From Myxococcales bacterium (GTDB lineage: Bacteria > Myxococcota_A > Polyangia > Polyangiales > DASUME01): a stretch of DNA of 64,000 bases. A program made the position numbers and the translations under genes. How positions within the stretch are numbered: position 1 is the stretch's first letter; the number at the start of each line of letters is the position of its first letter. The notes under the pieces were generated by a model. It saw only the letters and a list, made by a program, of their open reading frames with translations, was not told the origin of the DNA and searched no databases. Below are positions 27,524 through 38,692 of the stretch, piece by piece. The stretch covers positions 1,760,001 through 1,824,000 of the forward strand of contig JASGJH010000001.1 in NCBI GenBank assembly GCA_047601445.1, in the 5' to 3' direction.

Positions 27524-29740
27524 TCAGCGTTCGCCCCAGCGTCGCCGCAACGCCCACTCGAGCGCGATCAACACGAACAGCCCCAGCGCCCAGCTCGACT
27601 GCCCGAAGGGCGCGTGGCGCTCGGTGCCGAGGGACGTGGTGCGGCTCGCATCGAGCTCCGCGAGCGCGGGCGCCGCGTCGGGGTCCTCGATGTAGCGACC
27701 GCCGCTGCGCGTGGCGAGCTCCTTGAGCAGCGCAGGTCGCGGGCGAGGATCGGCGAGCTCGACGCCCGAGAGCTCCACCACCAGGGGCATGCGCGCGATC
27801 TCCTTGCCGTTGTGCCAGAGCAACGCCGCGTAGGCCCCAGGTTCCTCCGGAGCTTGCAGGATGGTCTGTACGCGTCCTTGATCGTCGGTCTGTACCTGAA
27901 GCTGCACGTGAACGTTGCCACCGAGGTCCTGGATGGCCACGGAGAGCTCCTGGTGACGGATCGGGCGGTAGGTGTCCTCGCGGGCGAGCCCGTTCACCTC
28001 CACGCGCGCTCCGGGCAGGTAGGTCTCGCGATCGAGGCTCAAGGAAGCCGGCTCGAGCAGAGGATCCCGCGTCAACCAACGCACCGCGCGGTCCCAGAAG
28101 CGGTCGTAGGCCGAGGGATCCTTGCCGCGACCGGCGGTGGGCATGCTCCAGTGCCAGCTGGTGTCGGTGGCGAAGGCGAGCGTGCGACCGCGGCCGAAGC
28201 GCCCCACGGTGAGAATCGGTAGCTTGTGGCCGTCCGGCGTGCGGGCCGAGGGATGCTCCAGCAGAGCCAATCCACCCGACTGCACCCCCAGGAGCGAGTT
28301 GGCCCCCACCAGGGGATCGAGGCTGCGAAAGGCGGCCACCGTCTGCGCCGGCTCGGGATAGAGCTCGAGCAACGGATGGTGCAGCAGCCCCGCCACGGGC
28401 TCGGGCGCGAAGGCCCCCTCGACCACGACGGCGCCCGACGGGTTCGCGGGGCGAATCTTGACGGGTAGCGCGTCGGCCAGCGGGGTGTCGGCGTACCCGC
28501 CGCCGTCGAAACTCAGCGAACCACCGATCATCGCGAGTCCACCACCCTGCTCCACGTAGTCCCGGATCAGCGGTAGGTACGGCGCCATCTGGTAGGGCGC
28601 GTAGTCGAAGTCCTGCAGCAGCACCACGTCGAAGCTGGTGAGGTGCTGGCGGAAGAGCTCGTCGGTGGGGAACGGAATCAGCGCCAGCTCGGCCGGGCTC
28701 GACATCGTGAGGTCGTGCACGCTGCGCAAGATGAAGAACGACACCAGGTCGATGGAGGGATCACGCTTGAGAAAGCCGCGCAAGAAGCGCTGATCCCAGC
28801 TGGGGCGGCCGGACACGTGCAAGACCCGCATGCGGTCGCGGGTGACGCGCGCGACGAACGGCCGCACGTTGTTCTCGGGAACGTCATCGCGATCGTCGGT
28901 GGCGAGCTCCAGCGTGTACACCTCGCGCCCTAGATTGAGCGGCTCGAAGCTGAGCTCCACCGAGGCTTCGCCGCCGTCCTTCACCTGCACGATCTCGCTG
29001 GCGATGATGGCCCCTTCACGCTTGAGGTCCACCTCGAGCGCGCGATCCCCCAAGCCCGTGCTGGCCAGGGTCACGTGGACCCGCGCTTGCCCGTGCAGGA
29101 AGGCCACCGAATCCGGCTGAATGCGCAAGATGGCGTCGTCGCGCAGGGGCCGCGAGTCCCCCGTGAACACGCCGTGCACACGCGCACCGAGGGCCTTGGG
29201 CACGTTGTGCGTCTGGGTGTCGGCACCGTCGCTCAGCACCACGATGGCCCCCAGATCCTCGCGGGTGCCGAGCTCCGAAAGGCGCTTGATCAGGGCTGTC
29301 GCGGGCGCCCGCGGCTTGAGCTCCTTCAGCACGCGCGTGGGCTCCACCACGGCAGCTTCGTCACCGAGCAAGAACCACTCGGCCTCCTGGCCGCGCGGAC
29401 CCTTGAGCCACTTCTCCACGAGCTTCTGGGCGCGGGCCAGGCGGGTCGTGTCGTCGGTGCGCACGCCCATGCTGCGCGACACGTCGACCACCACGGCCAG
29501 CGAGCCCGGCTCCGTGCGCACGCGCTCGGCCCAAAAGGTGGGTTGGGTGGTGAGCGCGAAGATGGCGAGCGCGCTCAGCCAGCGCAGCGCGATCAAGATG
29601 AAGGCGCGCAAGCCGCGCACCCGTACGAAGGAGCCCATCACACAGAGCGCCAGCAGCACGACGCCCACCACGAGCGCCGTGGTGGCGCCCCCGGGGACTC
29701 CCCAGCCGACTTGCCAATTCGTGGCGAGCTCGGGTCTCAT
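27524..29740 (-). CDS. Membrane protein with vWA-like and glutamine-amidotransferase-like (GATase1-like) domains
   Basis: VVVDVSRSM, LSDG, DLVSFFILR, LIPFPTDELF, GRGR, C-terminal EWALRRRWG. Confidence 0.85.
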   Translation of the reverse strand: MRPELATNWQVGWGVPGGATTALVVGVVLLALCVMGSFVRVRGLRAFILIALRWLSALAIFALTTQPTFWAERVRTEPGSLAVVVDVSRSMGVRTDDTTRLARAQKLVEKWLKGPRGQEAEWFLLGDEAAVVEPTRVLKELKPRAPATALIKRLSELGTREDLGAIVVLSDGADTQTHNVPKALGARVHGVFTGDSRPLRDDAILRIQPDSVAFLHGQARVHVTLASTGLGDRALEVDLKREGAIIASEIVQVKDGGEASVELSFEPLNLGREVYTLELATDDRDDVPENNVRPFVARVTRDRMRVLHVSGRPSWDQRFLRGFLKRDPSIDLVSFFILRSVHDLTMSSPAELALIPFPTDELFRQHLTSFDVVLLQDFDYAPYQMAPYLPLIRDYVEQGGGLAMIGGSLSFDGGGYADTPLADALPVKIRPANPSGAVVVEGAFAPEPVAGLLHHPLLELYPEPAQTVAAFRSLDPLVGANSLLGVQSGGLALLEHPSARTPDGHKLPILTVGRFGRGRTLAFATDTSWHWSMPTAGRGKDPSAYDRFWDRAVRWLTRDPLLEPASLSLDRETYLPGARVEVNGLAREDTYRPIRHQELSVAIQDLGGNVHVQLQVQTDDQGRVQTILQAPEEPGAYAALLWHNGKEIARMPLVVELSGVELADPRPRPALLKELATRSGGRYIEDPDAAPALAELDASRTTSLGTERHAPFGQSSWALGLFVLIALEWALRRRWGER

Positions 29741-29756
29741 CGGCCGCGCTCGCCCT

Positions 29757-30587
<831 letters not shown>

Positions 30588-30723
30588 CGTGAGTCCGGTC
30601 GCAGAGCCTATCAAAAACCGGGCAAAAGGCCCGCCTGCGGTGGCTCGAGCGCGCGTCTCCGAACTTTCGCTCTTTGTGTCGTCCTGAGCGTTCTCTACAC
30701 TCGACGCTCAAGGAGCTTGAAGA

Positions 30724-32202
30724 ATGGGCCCGAGGCCACTGTTTCCTCGTTTGCTCGCCCCCGACAGCCGCCGCGCGCTGCGCTTCGGGGAGCGCGAGCT
30801 CGACTATGCGACCCTGGCCACGGCCTGCGCGGCGTTTCGGCGTTCGCTGGCCAGCTTGCGCCTCGAAAAAGGGGCGCGCGTGGCGGTCTGGGCCCACCCC
30901 GAACTCGAGACCTTGCTCGGCTTCGTGGGCTGCGTCTCGAACAACATGGTGACGGTGCCGCTCAATCCCAGCCTCGGAGACAAAGAGCTCGCGCATATCC
31001 TCCAGGACGCCAAGCCCAGCGCCATCTTCTCGGCCTACCCCGAGCGAGACCGCGCGCGTTCCCCGGGCTTCGCGGTGCACAGCTTCGCCTTCACGCAAGA
31101 CTCCATGGTCACGCCCCGGGCGCCCAAAGAAGACAACGAGAGCCCGGACGAGCCGAGCCTGCTCGTGTACACGTCGGGTACCACGGGTGCCCCCAAAGGT
31201 GCGGTGCTGAGCTATCGCAACCTGGCATCCACGCTCGACGGGCTCACGGAGGCGTGGCGTTTGACTGAAGAGGACACCATCGTCCACGCGCTGCCCTTGT
31301 TCCACGTGCACGGCCTGGTGTTCGGGCTGTTCGGCGCCCTGCGCGTGGGGGCCTCGCTGCACTGGATCCCCAAGTTCGATCCCGCGACCCTGGCCTCCGC
31401 CCTCGACGCTCACAGCGTGCTTTACGCCGTGCCCACCATGTATCGTCGTCTGGCCGAGGCGGCCGAGCAGGACGCCCAGGTACGCAAGGGACTGTCGTCG
31501 GCGCGCCTGTTGGTGTCGGGCTCCGCGGCGCTGCCCGCCCGCGAACACGCGCGCATCGAGCGGCTCACGGGGCAACAGGTATGTGAGCGCTATGGGCTCA
31601 GCGAGACCTTGATCAACACCGCGGTGCGGGCCGACGGCGAGCGGCGTCCAGGCTACGTGGGCCGAGCGCTTCCAGGGGTGGAGGTGCGCTTGGTCGACGA
31701 CGATCGCCAGCCCATCGAAGTCCACGACGACGCGACCATCGGCGAGGTCGCGGTGCGCGGACCCAACGTTTTCATCGGCTATCTGAATCGCCCGGAGGCC
31801 ACCCTGGCGGCCCTCGACGAACACGGCTGGTTCTACACCGGAGACCTCGGGACGATGACCCCGGACGGCTACCTGCGCATCGTGGGACGCAAGGGCACGG
31901 ACCTGATCAAGACGGGTGGCTTCAAGGTGGGCGCGGGCGAGGTGGAAGGGGCGCTGCTCGAACATGCCGCGGTGCGCGAAGCCGCCGTGCTCGGCGTGGC
32001 CGACGAAGACCTCGGAGAACGCATCGTGGCCTACGTGGTGCTCTACGATCACGAGCCCCAGCCGCCCGAGCAGGAGCTAGTGGATCACGTGGCGAAGTCA
32101 CTCGCCCCCCACAAGCGACCGCGCGAGGTGCGCTACGTGAGCGAGCTTCCGCGCAATGCGATGGGCAAAGTTCAGAAGGCCAAGCTACGCGAACTCTCGT
32201 GA
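30724..32202 (+). CDS. Acyl-CoA synthetase (AMP-forming, malonyl-CoA-synthetase-like)
   Basis: YTSGTTGAPKG, LPLFHVHGL, ERYGLSET, TGDLG, PRNAMGKVQK. Confidence 0.93.
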   Translation: MGPRPLFPRLLAPDSRRALRFGERELDYATLATACAAFRRSLASLRLEKGARVAVWAHPELETLLGFVGCVSNNMVTVPLNPSLGDKELAHILQDAKPSAIFSAYPERDRARSPGFAVHSFAFTQDSMVTPRAPKEDNESPDEPSLLVYTSGTTGAPKGAVLSYRNLASTLDGLTEAWRLTEEDTIVHALPLFHVHGLVFGLFGALRVGASLHWIPKFDPATLASALDAHSVLYAVPTMYRRLAEAAEQDAQVRKGLSSARLLVSGSAALPAREHARIERLTGQQVCERYGLSETLINTAVRADGERRPGYVGRALPGVEVRLVDDDRQPIEVHDDATIGEVAVRGPNVFIGYLNRPEATLAALDEHGWFYTGDLGTMTPDGYLRIVGRKGTDLIKTGGFKVGAGEVEGALLEHAAVREAAVLGVADEDLGERIVAYVVLYDHEPQPPEQELVDHVAKSLAPHKRPREVRYVSELPRNAMGKVQKAKLRELS

Positions 32203-32211
32203 GCGCCCAGA

Positions 32212-33366
32212 TTACTTGCGATCGGCGCGCGCCACGTAAGGCCGGTCGATCTTGCCTTCCCAGATCTGCGACGGGCGGAACATGCGGTTGTGCTCCGTCT
32301 GCTCGAACAGATGCGCGAGCCAACCAGCCACGCGCGCGACGGCGTACATGGGCGTGAACAGGTCGGTGGGCAAACCGAGCATCTCGTAGACGATGCCGCT
32401 GTAGTAGTCGACGTTGGGGAAGAGATCGCGCGCGCCCACCAGGGCTCGCATTTGGTTCTCGAGTTCCACCGCGGTGTCGTAGATGGCGGAGCGCCCGAAG
32501 CGCTCGAACAGCTCGTCGATGAGGCGCTGCTCGATGGTGGCGCGCGGGTCCTTCACCTTGTATTCGCGGTGTCCGAAGCCGCTGATCTTCTCCTTGCGGG
32601 CCAGCCGATCTTCCGCCCACTCGCGGATCGCACTGGGGCCGGTGGCTGGGATCGAGCGCAGCATGCGGAGCACGGCCTCGTTGGCGCCGCCGTGCAGGGA
32701 GCCCGAGAGCGTGGTGACGGCCGAGGACACCACGGCAAACGGATCGGCGAGCGTCGAGGCCGCCACGCGCGCGCAGAAGGTGGACGGCGCCATCGAGTGC
32801 TCGGCGTGCAAGACGAGCATGGTGTTGAGGGCGTTGGCGACCAAAAGCTCGGGCTCCTCGCCGGTGAGCATGTAGAGGAAGTTGGCCGCGTGGTTGAGGT
32901 CGGCGCGCGGCGGAATCGGGTCGTCACCGCGGCGGATGCGGTGGAAAGCGGCCACGATGGTGGGCACCTTGGCCACGAGGCGCACGGCGCTCAAGCGCAG
33001 GTAATCCTGGTCGTGGATGTGATCGCCCGGGTAGAACATGCCCATCGCGGCGATGGTGGCCGTGAGCGCGTCCATCGGGTGCCCGCTCTCCGGGAACAGC
33101 TTGAGCATGTCGATGACGCGGAACTTCAGGCGGCGCTCGGCGGCGAGCTCGGCCTTGAATGTGTTCAGCTCCGTGTCGGAAGGCAGGTTGCCGAACAGGA
33201 GCAGATAGGCGACCTCCTCGAAGGTGCAGCGATCCGCCAGGATCTCTACCGGATAGCCTCGGTACTGCAGCCGCCCCGTCTCTCCGTCGATGAAACACAC
33301 GCTCGAGCGCGCCGCGGGCACCCCTGCGAGCCCAGGCACGTAGGGGACAACAGTCTGTTCCGACAT
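32212..33366 (-). CDS. Citrate synthase / 2-methylcitrate synthase family
   Basis: GSLHGGANE, GFGHREYK..DPR, PNVDYYSG. Confidence 0.93.
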   Translation of the reverse strand: MSEQTVVPYVPGLAGVPAARSSVCFIDGETGRLQYRGYPVEILADRCTFEEVAYLLLFGNLPSDTELNTFKAELAAERRLKFRVIDMLKLFPESGHPMDALTATIAAMGMFYPGDHIHDQDYLRLSAVRLVAKVPTIVAAFHRIRRGDDPIPPRADLNHAANFLYMLTGEEPELLVANALNTMLVLHAEHSMAPSTFCARVAASTLADPFAVVSSAVTTLSGSLHGGANEAVLRMLRSIPATGPSAIREWAEDRLARKEKISGFGHREYKVKDPRATIEQRLIDELFERFGRSAIYDTAVELENQMRALVGARDLFPNVDYYSGIVYEMLGLPTDLFTPMYAVARVAGWLAHLFEQTEHNRMFRPSQIWEGKIDRPYVARADRK

Positions 33367-33383
33367 GGCGACAACGTTACGCG

Positions 33384-34301
33384 CTAGACCCGCGGCGGCA
33401 AGTTGGTCATGCCGCGCAGCATGACCGGCCCGGGGTAGACGCTGGCGCGTCGTAGCTCCCGCTGGGCCTCCGGCACCTGCTCGAGCAGGGTGCGCACGTG
33501 CTCGGGTGTCACGGCATCCTCGCCGGACAACAGCGTGGCGCCCTCCCCCACGAGGTCCACCGCGCGCTCCGCATAAGCCGTAGGCGAAAGCGGAGTCGGA
33601 CCGCCCTGCCAAACTCCCCAGGGACGCGCCAGGTTCGAGAGCGCACTGATGGCCCGCAGCTCGCCGGCAGGGTCGCTCGGGATGGCGATGAAGCCGCCCG
33701 CACCGGCTCCGGCCAAGGCATCACAGACGGCCTCGAGCCCCTCGCCGTCGGGCAAGCTACCGGTCTCGAGCACGCGCATGGAGACCAGGACCGGCAGGCC
33801 CGTGAGCAGCGCCGCGCTGGTGGCGGCGACGGCCTCACGCAGCGAACAGGCCGCGTCGACGATGATGAGGTCGCAGCCCGAGGCGGCCAGCCGCTGAGCG
33901 TGGGCCGCCTGCTCGGTGCGCAGCCTGGCGTCCGTATTTTTCATGGGTGGCAGCATGCCGGCCACGCACACCGCGCGCCCCGACGACTCGGCCACCTCGC
34001 GCGCCACGTCCACCGCCAGCGACGTCAGCTTGGCCGCGCGATAGCCGTAGCCCACGCGCTGCAGGGCCTCGGGCGTGGTTTGCACCGTGTTGGTGCGCAA
34101 CACGTGCACGCCGGCCGCGCAAAAGCTCTCGTGGATGGTGGCGAGCAGCTGGCTCTGGCCAGGGAGCACGCCGGCGGTCCCCATGCCTTCGTCGATACTG
34201 AACCCGCTGCGACGGAGGGCCCCGCGGATCCCGCCGTCGAGTACGACGGGCGTTCCCGCTTCGAGGCGAGCCAACAAGCCCTGAGCACCCGAAATCTGCA
34301 C
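33384..34301 (-). CDS. Homocysteine S-methyltransferase-like protein lacking the Zn-binding cysteines
   Basis: VVLDGG, IHESF..AG..VLRTNT, G.LPDGE. SGEDAVTPEH replaces GGCCGTTPEH. Confidence 0.78.
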   Translation of the reverse strand: MQISGAQGLLARLEAGTPVVLDGGIRGALRRSGFSIDEGMGTAGVLPGQSQLLATIHESFCAAGVHVLRTNTVQTTPEALQRVGYGYRAAKLTSLAVDVAREVAESSGRAVCVAGMLPPMKNTDARLRTEQAAHAQRLAASGCDLIIVDAACSLREAVAATSAALLTGLPVLVSMRVLETGSLPDGEGLEAVCDALAGAGAGGFIAIPSDPAGELRAISALSNLARPWGVWQGGPTPLSPTAYAERAVDLVGEGATLLSGEDAVTPEHVRTLLEQVPEAQRELRRASVYPGPVMLRGMTNLPPRV

Positions 34302-34373
34302 CTACCGAGGATACGAAATCGCTCGAGACTCCGTAAACGAGAACCAGCCTACGCCCGCAGAAGAGGGCGCAGC

Positions 34374-34925
34374 TCAGGGTGTGGTCAGAAGTGCGCGGAC
34401 CAGGGCGCGAGCCAGGCGCGGGCGCGTGGTACCCACCTGGAGGGAGATTTCCGGGCGCAACGCCCGGATGGGGGTCGGCCAGCGCTCGGGCGCAAGGTCG
34501 CCGGTGACGAGCACACTTGCGGCGGCCGCGAAGGCCAACAGGGCGGGCGTGCCCACCATCAGCCAGCAGGGTTGCTGCGCGAGCTCCGGGGGCAATCCCA
34601 GCAGGGCGTCGGCGTAGTGCTCGGGCGCGCTGCTCACGGCGCGCAGGTGGACCTGACGTGCAGCCGCCGAAATCCTCGGGGAAAGCGCGCTGGGCAGCTC
34701 CGGAACGGCGTCGAAAGCGGTGAAGACCACCGGCACCCGCGGGCCCTCCTCTGCGCACGCCTCGAGCGCGTCGAGCGCCCACAGGGTGGCAAGGTTCCCT
34801 TGCTCGGTGTCGGTCACGGACAGGCAGCGCCCGGGCAAGAGCACCCGATCGGCCGGCCCCCCCGCCGCGAGCTCGGCGGGGGTGAGCGGAGCCGAACCGT
34901 GTAGCCTGAGGCGGCGACGTTCCAT
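34374..34925 (-). CDS. Hypothetical protein
   Basis: ORF filling the gap, co-oriented with downstream genes. Start uncertain. Confidence 0.55.
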   Translation of the reverse strand: MERRRLRLHGSAPLTPAELAAGGPADRVLLPGRCLSVTDTEQGNLATLWALDALEACAEEGPRVPVVFTAFDAVPELPSALSPRISAAARQVHLRAVSSAPEHYADALLGLPPELAQQPCWLMVGTPALLAFAAAASVLVTGDLAPERWPTPIRALRPEISLQVGTTRPRLARALVRALLTTP

Positions 34926-35019
34926 GGTGAAGCCAGCTATGGAGCAGGCGTTTCGATGCGCAAGCTGGTCTCGCATGTTCGACACACCGAAATGCCTTCG
35001 GTAAAGTGCGCCCACGGGG

Positions 35020-36855
35020 ATGGACGTAACCTGCGACAAATGCGGAGCTGAGTACGAGTTCGACGAGACGCTGCTCGGAGACAAGGGCGCTACCGTCAAA
35101 TGCTCAAGCTGCCAACACGTGTTCCGCGTGTTGGGCCGGAAGGAGCCCGGTCGCCCCGCTCTCAAACTGCGCTTCGCGAAGTCGGGTCGGGTCGAGACAC
35201 TGAGCTCGCTGCGCGAACTTCAACTCCGCGTGCGCAACGGCGAGGTCAGTGCCGACGATCTGCTCGGTCGCGATGGCTTCGAGTATCGACGCCTCGGTGA
35301 CGTTCCCGAACTCAAGAACTTCTTCGCCCGCCCCACCGGTCCCAGCGGCACGCTGCGTCCGGATCAGGCTGCCCGACACGTTCAAGTCAGCGAGACTTCC
35401 ATGCCACCCGCATCCAAAGAAAACTCCCAGGGCAACGCGCAGGACAAGGCCGTCGCCAAGCGCACCATGGTCGGCGTCGGTCCCTTGAACCCGCACATTC
35501 CGGGACCGCCCCGCGTGCCGAACATCCCGGGCGGGCTGCCGCCGCCCTCCGCACGACCTGCAGCCGCTGCGCCCGAACCGGCGCGCCTCGGGCCTGCCCC
35601 CATCAGCAGCGTTCCCACCAACCCGAACGCGCGCTCGCCGGCGGCCGGTGTGCCTGTCGCGGCATCGCCCGCAGCAGCACCGATGCATCAGCCGAGCGCC
35701 ACCTCGGCCGCAGGCGGCTACGAGCCACGTCGTGCCCCTGTGAGCCAGGCCCCGACCACCCAGGGCTCGGTGCCGCAGGCAGCTCACACCCAGCACGGCA
35801 TGCCGCAGGCGGCCCCCTACGCAGCGACTCAGTTCGCCTCGGAGGCACCGGCCATCGCGCGGCCGCTCGGCAACACGCCGCGCAGCCTGGACGGCGCCGG
35901 CGCAGCAGGCGCCCCGGCGAGCAAGCCCGCTCCCGGCATGAAGCTGTATTTGTCCGAAGACGAAGCGCCCCCTGCACGGGCCACCGCGGGCAGCTCGAAG
36001 ATCTGGGTTTACGCCGGTCTCGCAGTCTTGCTCGGGGGCGCCGGTTACGTGGGCGTGACCATGCTGAACAAGTCGGATGCAGGCGCCGAGCCCGCGCCGG
36101 CTGCAGCGCCGCGGGTGGAAACGCCTGCCCCTGCGCCGGGCAGCGAGCAGCCGCCCGCTACGCCGCCGGTAGCGGCACAACCGGGTAGCGCGACGGCCCA
36201 GGCACCGACCACGCCGACGCCCCCCAACACGGCGGGCAAGCCCGAGGCGGCGCAAGCGCCAAGCGTTCCAGCCGCACAGCCAGCCCAGGCCGCGGCCGCC
36301 GAAGACGACGACGCCGATCGCAAGGGCAAGGGGCGCGAGAGCCGAGGCAGCAGCGGCGGAGCCACGAGCGGCAAGGATCCCACCGACTACAGCGGCTGGG
36401 TGAGCCGAGGCGATCAGCTCACCTCGCGCGGCGACCTCGAGGGCGCTCGCAAGGCCTACGAGAGCGCGCTCGCCCTGCGCGGCACCGGGTCCGAAGCAAA
36501 CACGGGCCTCGGCTTCGCGCTGCTCGCCGAAGGCAAGGCACGCGACGCCATTCCCCACTTCGATCGCGCCGCCGACAGCGGCTACGCCGAGGCCAACATC
36601 GGGTTGGGCGACGCCTATCGCAAGCTCGGCCAGAAGAGCAGCGCCATCGAAGCCTATCAGAACTACCTCGAGCGCCTGCCCACCGGCTCCAAGGCGAACT
36701 ACGCGCGCACGCAAATCGAGACCCTCAAGGGAGGCTCGAGCAACGAGGCCCGCGAGCCGCCACCGGCCGCAGCCGACGACTATAAGCCGGCGGGAGAGAT
36801 GGAAGCTCCCGCAGCGCCCCAGAACGAGCAGCCGAGCGGCGAGAGCACTCCGTGA
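35020..36855 (+). CDS. Zinc-ribbon (MJ0042-type) / Pro-rich / TM / TPR protein
   Basis: CDKC…VKCSSCQHVF at the N-terminus, central TM helix, C-terminal TPRs. Confidence 0.85.
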   Translation: MDVTCDKCGAEYEFDETLLGDKGATVKCSSCQHVFRVLGRKEPGRPALKLRFAKSGRVETLSSLRELQLRVRNGEVSADDLLGRDGFEYRRLGDVPELKNFFARPTGPSGTLRPDQAARHVQVSETSMPPASKENSQGNAQDKAVAKRTMVGVGPLNPHIPGPPRVPNIPGGLPPPSARPAAAAPEPARLGPAPISSVPTNPNARSPAAGVPVAASPAAAPMHQPSATSAAGGYEPRRAPVSQAPTTQGSVPQAAHTQHGMPQAAPYAATQFASEAPAIARPLGNTPRSLDGAGAAGAPASKPAPGMKLYLSEDEAPPARATAGSSKIWVYAGLAVLLGGAGYVGVTMLNKSDAGAEPAPAAAPRVETPAPAPGSEQPPATPPVAAQPGSATAQAPTTPTPPNTAGKPEAAQAPSVPAAQPAQAAAAEDDDADRKGKGRESRGSSGGATSGKDPTDYSGWVSRGDQLTSRGDLEGARKAYESALALRGTGSEANTGLGFALLAEGKARDAIPHFDRAADSGYAEANIGLGDAYRKLGQKSSAIEAYQNYLERLPTGSKANYARTQIETLKGGSSNEAREPPPAAADDYKPAGEMEAPAAPQNEQPSGESTP

Positions 36856-38606
36856 AGCGTACCCCCTTGGCCGGGCTCCTGCTGCTGGGGTCACTCGCGG
36901 CGGGATCGGGCTGTGGCGAGGCGCGCCGGGACGCATCGCAGCTCAAGCGACCCATCACCGACACGCTCTACGAGCTCGACCTACGCGACGCCCTCCCCGA
37001 GCAGGGAGCGAGCTTCCTGGGGCAGAGCGAGCCAGGCCTGGGCGAAGCCCTGGGCCGACTCAAGGAGTTGTCCGAGGAGCCGCTGGCCAAGGGCCTGTTC
37101 GTGCGGCTCGGCGACCACCAAGGACACCTCGGCGACGTGGAGGATCTGGCCGCGGCGTTCGACGCGTTTCGCGCGCAGAAGCGACCAGTCCACTGTCACT
37201 ACGAGGAGCTCGACAATGCGGGTTACGCGCTCGCTTCGCACTGCGACCGCCTGAGCGCGGGCCCTGCGGGCATGCTGAACCTGGTGGGCCTCGGCGCCCA
37301 GGTGATGCACGGACGCAAGCTGCTCGACTGGCTCGGCGTGCGGGCCGAGCTGATGCAGATGGGCAAATACAAGGGCGCTGCCGATCCGTTCACGCGCGAG
37401 GACATGGGGCCCGAACTGAAGGCCAGCATGGACCAGCTGCTCGACGACCTCGACGCAGCGTTCCGCAACCACCTCAAGATCCGCAACGCGCGCACCCCGG
37501 AGGGGTGGCAGGCCATCCTCGACGCAGGCCCGTACACCGCCAAGGGGGCGTTGGCCCAGAACTTGGTGGACGCGGTCGCGGCGGACGACGAGGCGCGTGC
37601 CAAGGCCAAGGCCGCGGCCTCGGCCCGGGTCATCCGGCCCGTGTTCGACGAACGCTCGGAGAAGAACCTGACCGTGCGGGAGCTGTTCCAGGCGCTGGCG
37701 GGCGGCGAACAGGACACCCGTCCCAAGCAGCCGTACTTGGCCATCGCGCACCTCACGGGTGAGATCATCGAAAGCAAGGAGGGCGCTCTCGACCGCACGG
37801 CGAGCGAGCCGTTCATCCAGGCGCTGAGGCGTTGGGGCGACGACCGGCAAGTGCGCGCCGTGGTGCTGCGCATCGAGTCGCCCGGTGGGTCGGCCCTGGC
37901 GAGCGATCGCATGTGGCACATGGTCCACCGCGTGGCTGGGCGTAAGCCGGTGATCGTCTCGCTGGGCGATGTCGCCGCCAGCGGTGGCTACTATGTCGCC
38001 TCCGCGGGCACGTACATCGTGGCGGCCCCGGGTTCGGTGGTCGGTTCCATCGGTGTCGTGGGCGGGAAGATGGTGGTGCAGGGCTTGGCCGATCGCGCCG
38101 GACTGAAGGTCGATACCCTGCGCCGCGCCAAAAACGCCGTCTGGCTCAGTCCTTTCGAGCCCTTCACGGATAGCGAGCGCGCGCGCTTCGAGGAGATGTT
38201 GGCGGACACCTACCAGCGCTTCCTCGAGCGGATCTCCCTGGGTCGCAAGCGACCCGTGGCGAGCCTGCTGCCGGCGGCCGAAGGTCGCGTGATGGGCGGC
38301 CAGCGCGCCAAGGACCTGGGCCTGGTAGACGAAGTGGGGGGCCTGGGCCGCGCCATCCAGCTCGCCCGGGAGCGGGGCAAGCTGACGCCGCGTTCGCCCA
38401 TCGAGACCTGGCCGAACGACCGGGATGCCTTGCGCGCCCTCACCAGCCTGATTTCGACGCAGCACCCACAGCCCGCGCTCTCTGCCACCGTGGCGCAGGT
38501 CGTGCGCGCCGCCAGGCCGCTGGTCTCGTCGCCGCTGCTGACGGTGCTCGGAGAGATGCGCGAACCGGTGGTACTCGCCCTGCCAGTAGACTTGCGGGTG
38601 GAGTGA
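36852..38606 (+). CDS. sppA: Signal peptide peptidase SppA (S49, long form), lipoprotein-like
   Basis: GKYKGA, LRIESPGGSALASD, DVAASGGYY, GSIGV, GLVDEVGG. Confidence 0.9.
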   Translation: MKRTPLAGLLLLGSLAAGSGCGEARRDASQLKRPITDTLYELDLRDALPEQGASFLGQSEPGLGEALGRLKELSEEPLAKGLFVRLGDHQGHLGDVEDLAAAFDAFRAQKRPVHCHYEELDNAGYALASHCDRLSAGPAGMLNLVGLGAQVMHGRKLLDWLGVRAELMQMGKYKGAADPFTREDMGPELKASMDQLLDDLDAAFRNHLKIRNARTPEGWQAILDAGPYTAKGALAQNLVDAVAADDEARAKAKAAASARVIRPVFDERSEKNLTVRELFQALAGGEQDTRPKQPYLAIAHLTGEIIESKEGALDRTASEPFIQALRRWGDDRQVRAVVLRIESPGGSALASDRMWHMVHRVAGRKPVIVSLGDVAASGGYYVASAGTYIVAAPGSVVGSIGVVGGKMVVQGLADRAGLKVDTLRRAKNAVWLSPFEPFTDSERARFEEMLADTYQRFLERISLGRKRPVASLLPAAEGRVMGGQRAKDLGLVDEVGGLGRAIQLARERGKLTPRSPIETWPNDRDALRALTSLISTQHPQPALSATVAQVVRAARPLVSSPLLTVLGEMREPVVLALPVDLRVE

Positions 38607-38692
38607 CGCGGAAAGCTCGCGCGGCGCCTTTGCGCGCCGGCTTGAAACCGCCGCTTCCGTAATGGTTCCGCGCACTGATAGGATCGGCGCCG

